DNA of 64,000 nucleotides from an uncultured Lachnospiraceae bacterium (GTDB lineage: Bacteria; Bacillota; Clostridia; Lachnospirales; Lachnospiraceae): NCBI GenBank assembly GCA_902778245.1, contig CACYXH010000003.1, forward strand, positions 8,017-72,016, in the 5' to 3' direction. Shown here in pieces: positions 48,870 to 56,312 of the stretch. The translations under genes were made by a program, and so were the position numbers. The notes under the pieces are model-generated. The model was not told where the DNA came from, did not search any database, and was given only the letters and a program-made list of their open reading frames with translations. Position 1 is the stretch's first letter. Each line of letters opens with the position of its first letter.

Positions 48870-50507
48870 TCAGTTTACTGTCTTCCATTCACCGGTAGTC
48901 AGGAAATCTGCCGCCGCATCCTCTGCCGCCTGTATCACTTCCCTGTCATACCCCATGACCGACAGCAGTTTTATCGCGTTGCGGCTGACCGCCCGGCCGG
49001 GATACAGATGGTAATCAAACACTACATCATTATCCCGCACTTCCTCCTGGAAATGGTAATTGTCATAATAATGCTCCAGTATGTGGGTGAGTTCTATGTC
49101 ATGGGTAGCCGCAAAACAAAGCACGCTTTTACCCGTCATATATTTTAATACCTGCGAGGAAGCCGCCACGCGCTCCACCGTGTTAGTTCCCCGCAGTACT
49201 TCATCCACAAAGCACAGCACCGGAGTCGGATTCCCCATGGCGTCTAAAATACGTTTCAGGGATTTTATCTCGACAATGTAATAGCTCTCCCGCCCCTCCA
49301 GATCATCCTGCAGAGCCATGGATGAAAAGACTCTGAAATAGCTGCTCTCCCAATGATCCGCAAGAGACGTATGAACCGTCTGGGCCAGAATGGCATTGAT
49401 CGCCACGGTCTTTAAAAATGTGGATTTCCCGGAAGCATTGGAACCTGTCAGCAGCACGCCCCGCTGGGCGCAGACACTGTTTTTCACCGGTTCCCGGATC
49501 AGCGGATGATACAGTTCTCTGGCAGACAGCTTCGGAGCCTCCCCCTTTATCAGCTGTGGCACACACCATTCCTTCATGCACTGCCGATAAGAAGCAATGG
49601 CGATGGCGCTCTCGATCTTGCCCATCTCCTCCACCAGAATCTCAAACTCCCCGATATGCTGTTTTATCTCTTTTACTATGGTTGAAAACTGGATCAGATC
49701 AATGTGAAAACAGACGTTCAGGTACATCAGCAATCCTTTCAGAATATTGTCATCTGTAACAGAACCTGCCATCAGGAAAAACGTGTTTCGTTTAAATTTT
49801 CCAAATGCTTTCGCCGCTTTCACCGTCCGCTGCTGATACTCCCTGATCTGGGGTGCGTCCAGTTTCCCCATGTTCTGTGCGCACTGCAGCGTCCTCAGCA
49901 GATAGCCGCAGGAGATAATATATTTTTCAACAGGTCTCTTGTACTTATAGTAATCCCGCATGGTGATAAACATGGCAAGGATCAGGAACAAAATTCCCGG
50001 TGAGGGGATCAGCAGCAGCACGATAATGGAAAGTGTAAACAGTCCTGCCATCAGGAAATGATGCCAGTTGCTGACAGTGACCGCCTCCGCCAGATTATAA
50101 ACCGCGTCAAAAATTGAGTTTCGACCGGCTTTTCCAGTCTCACAAAAAAACATCTGCAGCTTTTCCCGCTGAGACGGGGTATGCAGAAGATAATACAGAT
50201 AGCCTTCCCCCATAAAGGAATTGGTATGATTGAGCAGCATAAACACCCGGGACAGATCCAGATCTTCCCAGGTGATCTCGTCGATCTGAAATGTTTCACA
50301 TTTTTTATTATCAAAATATCCTTGCAGGGCATTCCACTGGTAATAATCATATTCCCGCTCCGGCCAGGATCCCCAATCCGCCCGTATCTTTGCCAGCATC
50401 CTCCTCTTACGGTCACGATTATTCCATATGCTGTATGCGGCAAACGCAAGCAGCAGAAACAGCATAATGCCGCCAAGTCCCAATATTGTCTTCCACTCTC
50501 CGCTCAT
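48870..50507 (-). CDS. MutS-related ATPase (domain V only) with N-terminal transmembrane helices
   Basis: 545 aa. TM segments are ILGLGGIMLFLLLAFAAYSIW and LFTLSIIVLLLIPSPGILFLILAMFI. The Walker A is LLTGSNASGKSTFLKTV, and FVDEVLRGTNT and ATHD are also present. Confidence 0.7.
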   Translation of the reverse strand: MSGEWKTILGLGGIMLFLLLAFAAYSIWNNRDRKRRMLAKIRADWGSWPEREYDYYQWNALQGYFDNKKCETFQIDEITWEDLDLSRVFMLLNHTNSFMGEGYLYYLLHTPSQREKLQMFFCETGKAGRNSIFDAVYNLAEAVTVSNWHHFLMAGLFTLSIIVLLLIPSPGILFLILAMFITMRDYYKYKRPVEKYIISCGYLLRTLQCAQNMGKLDAPQIREYQQRTVKAAKAFGKFKRNTFFLMAGSVTDDNILKGLLMYLNVCFHIDLIQFSTIVKEIKQHIGEFEILVEEMGKIESAIAIASYRQCMKEWCVPQLIKGEAPKLSARELYHPLIREPVKNSVCAQRGVLLTGSNASGKSTFLKTVAINAILAQTVHTSLADHWESSYFRVFSSMALQDDLEGRESYYIVEIKSLKRILDAMGNPTPVLCFVDEVLRGTNTVERVAASSQVLKYMTGKSVLCFAATHDIELTHILEHYYDNYHFQEEVRDNDVVFDYHLYPGRAVSRNAIKLLSVMGYDREVIQAAEDAAADFLTTGEWKTVN

Positions 50508-50872
50508 AGGATCTCCTTAATTTTTTCCGTAGCGGCCTTTGCCTCCTTGTGATCTTTTCCGCTTGCTGTGACTCCAACCACAACATGGTCTTTTTTCACA
50601 ATCCCCGGGAAAAAGAAATCACATTTATTCTTATCGCTGCACACATTCACCTGGATTCCCAGGCATTTGCAGGTACTGTAAATATCATTGTTAGTCTTGG
50701 TATCATTTGTGGCCGCGATCACTACCGCAGCATCATAAATATCTTCCCGCTCATATCGTTTAGTAAACTCAGCCAGTACACGGATACGCCGTTTAGCAAT
50801 GGTTCCGGCACCCACCACAATCACCTTTTTATCCGATAAATCCACAAACATAGGAAAATACGGTCTGCTCAT
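50504..50872 (-). CDS. Precorrin-2 dehydrogenase / sirohydrochlorin ferrochelatase (SirC/CysG-N)-like protein, shortened
   Basis: Start at MSRPYFPMFVDL. VVGAGTIAKRRIRVL is the Rossmann motif and IAATND is present. About 25-30 aa appear to be missing between them compared with B. subtilis SirC. Confidence 0.55.
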   Translation of the reverse strand: MSRPYFPMFVDLSDKKVIVVGAGTIAKRRIRVLAEFTKRYEREDIYDAAVVIAATNDTKTNNDIYSTCKCLGIQVNVCSDKNKCDFFFPGIVKKDHVVVGVTASGKDHKEAKAATEKIKEIL

Positions 50873-51041
50873 TTTTATTCTCCACACCCTTTACAAGTAG
50901 TTCTATTCCTTGCGCCATCATACCACGAATCTAAGGTCGGGTCAAACTTTTCAATTTTTCTATCGACTTTCCAATTTCCTTATATTATAATGGAACTGTT
51001 TTGGGATTAAGATGAATATTTATACAAGGAGTTATGGCATT

Positions 51042-52076
51042 ATGGCAATTCATTTCGAGAAGAAACTGCCGATTCCGGCAGAGGTGAAAAAACAGTATCC
51101 CCTTTCCCCGCGTGTAAGTGAGATCAAAGCGCGTCGGGATCAGGAAATTCGCAAAGTATTTACTGGGGAAGATGACCGGTTCGTCGTTATCATTGGCCCT
51201 TGTTCTGCGGACAATGAAGATTCTGTCTGCGATTATATCAACCGTCTGGCGACAGTGCAGGATAAAGTCGGGGATCGCATTATCATCATTCCCCGCATCT
51301 ATACGAATAAACCCCGCACCACAGGTCAGGGCTACAAAGGTATGATCCATCAACCAGATCCCCAGAAGAAGCCTGATCTTTTGGCAGGCCTTATCGCCAT
51401 CCGCAAGCTGCATATCCGCTCCATCGAGGAGACAGGACTTACAGCAGCAGATGAGATGCTCTATCCGGAGAATTGGCGCTATCTGGATGATATCCTCTCT
51501 TATGTAGCTATCGGCGCCCGTTCTGTGGAGGATCAGCAGCACCGCATGACTGTCAGCGGTATGGATGTGCCGGCGGGCATGAAGAATCCCACCAGCGGAG
51601 ACCTCTCCGTTATGTTTAATTCCGTGCAGGCGGCACAGAGCGAACACAACTTTATCTACCGCGGATGGGACGTCACTACCGATGGAAACGATCTGGCTCA
51701 CGTCATCCTGCGAGGCGCTGTAAACAAACATGGAAACTGCATCCCCAACTACCACTATGAAGATCTGATGCTTTTGCTGAAAATGTACGGAAAACGGGGA
51801 CTCAAAAACCCTGCTGCCGTTATTGACGTCAATCACTCAAATTCCGACAAGCAGCACATGGAACAGATCCGCATCTGCCACGAGGTACTTCACAGCAGGA
51901 ACTACAACCCGGAGATCAAAGCCATGGTGAAGGGTCTGATGATTGAGAGCTACATTGTAGGCGGCAGCCAGAAGATCGGCAGCGACTGCCACGTCTATGG
52001 TCAGTCCATCACCGACCCCTGTCTTGGCTGGGAAGATTCCGAGAAGCTGATCTACGATATTTATAAGATGTGCTAA
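51042..52076 (+). CDS. 3-deoxy-7-phosphoheptulonate (DAHP) synthase, class I
   Basis: Start at MAIHFEKKLP (AAGGAG 10 nt upstream). DDRFVVIIGPCS and KPRTT..GYKGMIHQP are collinear with E. coli AroG/AroF. Confidence 0.9.
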   Translation: MAIHFEKKLPIPAEVKKQYPLSPRVSEIKARRDQEIRKVFTGEDDRFVVIIGPCSADNEDSVCDYINRLATVQDKVGDRIIIIPRIYTNKPRTTGQGYKGMIHQPDPQKKPDLLAGLIAIRKLHIRSIEETGLTAADEMLYPENWRYLDDILSYVAIGARSVEDQQHRMTVSGMDVPAGMKNPTSGDLSVMFNSVQAAQSEHNFIYRGWDVTTDGNDLAHVILRGAVNKHGNCIPNYHYEDLMLLLKMYGKRGLKNPAAVIDVNHSNSDKQHMEQIRICHEVLHSRNYNPEIKAMVKGLMIESYIVGGSQKIGSDCHVYGQSITDPCLGWEDSEKLIYDIYKMC

Positions 52077-52280
52077 ACTGGCGAAGCTTGCAGAGAACGC
52101 TCTTTCACAGATTTTTAACAGGGATTATGTAAGAGACCTTGAAGAACGTGGTATCACCACCACACAGTGGGGCTGCGCCCGCTGCATTACCTGCTTCATG
52201 ATATATTCGGACAGGGATACACAGCCGCCGGTATACGGCTTTACAGTCCCCAAACTGTGCAGAAAGATCTATGAATCCTG

Positions 52281-53804
52281 TCATTTTTTTGTAACCCGCT
52301 TTTTCCCCGGAGTGATCGCTCTTTGCGGACAGACCAGAATGCAGAGATGGCATCCCACACACCGGTTTCCGTTTAGTCTGGGCCTGCGGCTTTCATCCAG
52401 ACGGATGGTCTGATGTCCGCCGTCCGCACAGGAGACCATGCAGCGTCCGCATCCGATGCACTTTTCCCTATGGAATTTTGGGAAGATTACGGTATCTCTT
52501 TCCAACACATCCGTCGTATCACTGACAGAAGCGAGGGCAAGTCCGACTGCCTCGGATACATTATAGAATCCCTTTTCCGCCAGATAATAATTCAATCCGG
52601 CTTTCAGATCGTCGATGATCCGGTATCCATACTGCATAACTGCCGTTGTGACCTGTATGCTCCCCGCACCCATCAGGATAAATTCAAGTGCGTCCATCCA
52701 GGTCTCGATACCGCCCATGGCCGACAGATGCATCCCCGACAGCGCAGGGTTCTGTCCCAGTTCCTCGATAAAACGAAGAGCGATTGGCTTCACTGCGTTG
52801 CCGCTGTAGCCGCCAACTGCTGACTTTCCGCGTACTGCAGGCGCCGAAACATAGGTGTGCGGGTTCACTCCGATGATACTCTTGATCGTATTTATTGCGG
52901 CAATGCCGTCTGCGCCGCCGCGTCTTGCCGCTTCCGCCGCAGGCCCCATACTTGCCACATTCGGCGTAAGCTTGGCAAGAATGGGAATCTTCGTACCCCG
53001 TCTTGCCGCAGCCGTGAAGCGCTCCACCAGCTCAGGTACCTGTCCGATATCTGAGCCAAGTCCGCCGTCCGCCATATTCGGACAGGAGAAATTCAGTTCG
53101 ACAGCATCCGCGCCGTTTTCCTCACAGAGCCTTGCCAGTTCCTCCCACTCCTGCTCGTCCTGTCCCATAATGGAAGCAAGGATCAATTTTGACGGATAGT
53201 TTTCCTTCAGACGCCGGAAGATCTCCATATTCTCCGCGACACTGTGGTCGGAAAGCTGCTCGATATTCTTGAAGCCGATAATGCTGCCGTTATCCCCGGT
53301 AATCGCTGAAAAACGGGGAGACGCCTCGTGGATGTCAAACGAACAGATTGTCTTGAAGGCCGCTCCCGCCCAGCCTGCTTCAAACGCCCTCGCACACATA
53401 TCATAGGTGCTTGCCACGACTGAGGATGACAGCAGGAAGGGATTTTCCAGCAAAATCCCGCAAAGCTGCGTCCGAAGCCGCTCCTCGTCCTCCGGAATGG
53501 GAATTTCCAGCTCTGGCTTCACCTCATCATCCAGCCGTCTCATCAATTCCCGGATCGGTACTTCCTCGGCACGCACACATGTCTGCTCACATGGAACAGT
53601 GCAATCTGAACAGGGAAATTCATCCGGAAGAAGCGCTGCGGCTGTTTTTTCATTATCAAACCAAATGGCACGCAGCAGTCTCGCAGGATCCATCTCCCGG
53701 CACGAAATGCTGCATGGCGCCTCATGGCACAATACACATTTCAACATATCACTACGGTATATCTTTCTGTCAAACACCACTTTCTCCTCTCCCTTCGCAG
53801 GCAT
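52281..53804 (-). CDS. Dihydropyrimidine/dihydroorotate dehydrogenase-like (PreA-type) Fe-S flavoprotein with an extra N-terminal Cys-rich domain
   Basis: 507 aa. It has a DHOD-like TIM barrel (NFSCPN, GGIAAINT) and a C-terminal 2x[4Fe-4S] domain (CIGCGRCMVSC...CVGCHLCILVCP). The N-terminal part is CVLCHEAPCSISC...CSDCTVPCEQTC. No clear RBS at the annotated ATG. Confidence 0.65.
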   Translation of the reverse strand: MPAKGEEKVVFDRKIYRSDMLKCVLCHEAPCSISCREMDPARLLRAIWFDNEKTAAALLPDEFPCSDCTVPCEQTCVRAEEVPIRELMRRLDDEVKPELEIPIPEDEERLRTQLCGILLENPFLLSSSVVASTYDMCARAFEAGWAGAAFKTICSFDIHEASPRFSAITGDNGSIIGFKNIEQLSDHSVAENMEIFRRLKENYPSKLILASIMGQDEQEWEELARLCEENGADAVELNFSCPNMADGGLGSDIGQVPELVERFTAAARRGTKIPILAKLTPNVASMGPAAEAARRGGADGIAAINTIKSIIGVNPHTYVSAPAVRGKSAVGGYSGNAVKPIALRFIEELGQNPALSGMHLSAMGGIETWMDALEFILMGAGSIQVTTAVMQYGYRIIDDLKAGLNYYLAEKGFYNVSEAVGLALASVSDTTDVLERDTVIFPKFHREKCIGCGRCMVSCADGGHQTIRLDESRRPRLNGNRCVGCHLCILVCPQRAITPGKKRVTKK

Positions 53805-53815
53805 TGCCCTGGTTG

Positions 53816-53932
53816 TTATGTTTGTCTGTAATTGAAGGGCATCTGAACCCCTGTGGTCGCCACACGAACCGTCCCATTGGTCACCGTTTTCACGCTTTCC
53901 TTTGTGTCCTTGTAGACATCCTCAAAGCCGCA
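53816..53932 (-). pseudogene. Possible remnant (about 38 codons) of an amino-acid ABC transporter substrate-binding lipoprotein gene
   Basis: My translation directly after the VanX-like stop is CGFEDVYKDTKESVKTVTNGTVRVATTGVQMPFNYRQT*. The T.RVAT.G...PFNY pattern is typical of family-3 SBP N-termini. There is no start codon and no continuation. Confidence 0.3.
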
Positions 53933-54589
53933 TTACCGTTTAAGGTATTCCGCTGAAACAGGAAACTCAAAATAAATATCCGGGTAAGGCTCATCCCTCA
54001 AAGAAAAATGCCACCATTCGCAATCAATGGGAAGAAAGCCATTCCGTGTCATAACACTTTGCAGAAACATCCTGTTTTCGTACTGCTCATCAGTCACCGC
54101 CCGGCTATCCGGATGCGAGGCCTCGCTAAACAGGTCAAACGGACTGCCCATATCCACCTCTTTACCGGTACGCATATCCAACAGAGTGAGATCCACTGCG
54201 CTTCCCCGGCTGTGGGAAGACTGGCTGGCGATATATCCCTGTTTAAAAAGCTCCTGCTTTTCCAGATCCGGATAGAAGTAAGGTTTCATTCGCAGATCCA
54301 GATCCTCGATTCCCCACATCACAAAATGTCTCACCGCGCCAGCGGGACGATAAGCGTCAAAGACCTTCAACCGGTAGCCCTGCACGTTCACCTCGTTGGC
54401 AACAGTCTTCAATGCCCGTGCAGCCTCCTTTGTCAGCAGCGCTACGGGTACCTCGTAGCCGTCAACGCGCTCTCCCATAAAATTATAGGTGGAATAATAA
54501 CGAATCTCCTGCACAATGCCCGGCACTAAATCTGCCAGCAGCACAAAACCGGAAGAATCCATTGTCACGTTCTGCTTGTAATCCATCAA
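53933..54589 (-). CDS. D-alanyl-D-alanine dipeptidase (VanX/DdpX, peptidase M15D)
   Basis: 218 aa. SSHSRGSAVDLTL provides the Zn ligands, and EWWHF is present. Confidence 0.8.
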   Translation of the reverse strand: MMDYKQNVTMDSSGFVLLADLVPGIVQEIRYYSTYNFMGERVDGYEVPVALLTKEAARALKTVANEVNVQGYRLKVFDAYRPAGAVRHFVMWGIEDLDLRMKPYFYPDLEKQELFKQGYIASQSSHSRGSAVDLTLLDMRTGKEVDMGSPFDLFSEASHPDSRAVTDEQYENRMFLQSVMTRNGFLPIDCEWWHFSLRDEPYPDIYFEFPVSAEYLKR

Positions 54590-54693
54590 ATACCAACCTT
54601 CCTTTCTGTTTCACACGATGCAACCGGAAAGCGCCGTTCGTGATTAAACGACGCTGGAAGTATATTCATCTCGTCAAACTGAAACTTTTGTGA

Positions 54694-55509
54694 TCAGTCT
54701 GTCGAATCTGAAGTAAGGAACCGCAGCATACGCTCCCTGTAATCCGGCGCGAGATCATAGGCTGCATGCCCGTAACCGTCATACATAAATAGTTCGCAAT
54801 CCGACCGAGCATTGAAATGCTCCGCGATCTGCAAAGAAGCGTCCCCGCCCAGCACCTGATCGTCCGCGGAACCGATCACCAGTACCGGACATGTGATCTT
54901 TTCCAAATCATTTACAACATCAAAGCCATTCATACCTTCAGCCAGGATAACAAAGCGATGCAAGTCCTCGTCAGTAACGGTTTTTCCGGCTTCAAACAAT
55001 AACTCCCGTGATTGTTCAAACACGGATTGTGGGTAGAGGGATTGCCCGAATGCCAGATAGAGTTCTGCCGTGTCGCCGGCCTTCGCTAATTCAATCCAGC
55101 TTTCAACCGCCTGTTTCTGCGTTTGCGTCACACAAGCCGATGTGGAGCCGAGAATCAACCGCCGAACAAGCTGCGGATGTTCCATCGCGATCTCCATTGC
55201 TATCATGCCGCCCTGAGACGCACCGAAAAGACATACGGAGTCAAGCTGCAAAGCTTGGATCGCTTCTGCCGTATCCTGCACCATCTCATGCACGGAGTAG
55301 GCAGCGGGCAGCTCGTTTCTGCGCTCGAAAACATAGATTGTAAAATCGTCTGTCAGCAGCTGGTAAGCCTCCGCGATCGCATCCGCCGAGCCCATCACTC
55401 TTTGCACACTGAGCCCCGGAAGGATCACAAGCGTCTCCTTCCCATGTCCGAACTGACAATAGTTCATCGTAAATGCATTCGTTTTGATCGTTTCAATCTG
55501 TATGTTCAT
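54694..55509 (-). CDS. Alpha/beta-fold hydrolase
   Basis: 271 aa. GASQGG is the nucleophile elbow, with a C-terminal GHAAY. Confidence 0.75.
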   Translation of the reverse strand: MNIQIETIKTNAFTMNYCQFGHGKETLVILPGLSVQRVMGSADAIAEAYQLLTDDFTIYVFERRNELPAAYSVHEMVQDTAEAIQALQLDSVCLFGASQGGMIAMEIAMEHPQLVRRLILGSTSACVTQTQKQAVESWIELAKAGDTAELYLAFGQSLYPQSVFEQSRELLFEAGKTVTDEDLHRFVILAEGMNGFDVVNDLEKITCPVLVIGSADDQVLGGDASLQIAEHFNARSDCELFMYDGYGHAAYDLAPDYRERMLRFLTSDSTD

Positions 55510-55610
55510 TTCCTCTCCCTCATCTGTTTCATCTTCCAGCGCTGTGACATTGCCTGCAAGCAGAATGAATTGGAAAAACGGTATAACCGAAAACCTCCGT
55601 GGATCACACG

Positions 55611-56312
55611 TTATTTCATCAATCTCTTTTTTTTGTAGTATCCCGTACCGAATAGTCCGGCCGCAGAGAGGATCATCAACACAAGCCAGAACATCATACG
55701 ACTGTTATCTCCGGTATGCGGCAGGTCACCGGTCGGCGGATTGTCTTTATCCGGTGTATCTGTCGGACTGTCATTCTTCTTCCACTGCGCCACGAAGGTG
55801 TGATCCTCCGTCACCGTGTACTTGTCGCCCGGCTGATACTCAGATCCTTTCCAGTATAGGAAGGTGTATCCGTCTCTGACCGGTTTCTCGTGGATGGAGA
55901 TGACCGTACCGCCTTTGTATTTCTCGATAATGTCAGCTGTGCTTCTATCGTAGGAACCGCCGTTCAGCTTGTACGTAATGCGGTAGACCTTCTCGCCTGG
56001 ATCAGGCATCGTCTCAGGCGTATGTGTATTGGTTACGGTAAAGCCCATCTTTGCATCTCCGCTTATTTCAAAGGCATACGTTCCCTTGCCGTCAGTTCCA
56101 GTGATGACTTTTCCATCCGTAACTTCCTCTACCGTATATTTAATTTCTTTTGTGTCTTTCATGGCATCAAGGTCGGTAAAGCTGTCCGTCCATTCGTTGT
56201 CCGCAGACAATGTCACAAACTTTCCGGTATCTTCGCCATCGGCAAGCAGCCTGATCGTAACAGAGCTTGGACGGATGCCATCCTTATCATTTTCGTCCTG
56301 CCATACCTTCAA
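55611..56312 (-). CDS. Adhesin fragment 4: one CnaB repeat, a Listeria-Bacteroides (Flg_new)-type repeat and the LPXTG sorting signal
   Basis: LPHTGDN, then the hydrophobic stretch MMFWLVLMILSAAGLFGTGYY, then KKKRLMK. YTFLYWKGS...TVTEDHTFVAQW is the Flg_new-type repeat. It has only a TTG pseudo-start and no signal peptide. Confidence 0.7.
   Translation of the reverse strand: MKVWQDENDKDGIRPSSVTIRLLADGEDTGKFVTLSADNEWTDSFTDLDAMKDTKEIKYTVEEVTDGKVITGTDGKGTYAFEISGDAKMGFTVTNTHTPETMPDPGEKVYRITYKLNGGSYDRSTADIIEKYKGGTVISIHEKPVRDGYTFLYWKGSEYQPGDKYTVTEDHTFVAQWKKNDSPTDTPDKDNPPTGDLPHTGDNSRMMFWLVLMILSAAGLFGTGYYKKKRLMK

Noticed and set aside
52077-52280. The 204-nt gap after the DAHP synthase gene contains an open plus-strand frame (..YVRDLEERGITTTQWGCARCITCFMIYSDRDTQPPVYGF..) that looks vaguely protein-like.
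   Set aside because: It has no start codon or RBS, I could not place it in any family, and it runs into the convergent PreA-like gene. It may be another gene relic, but the evidence is too thin to call.
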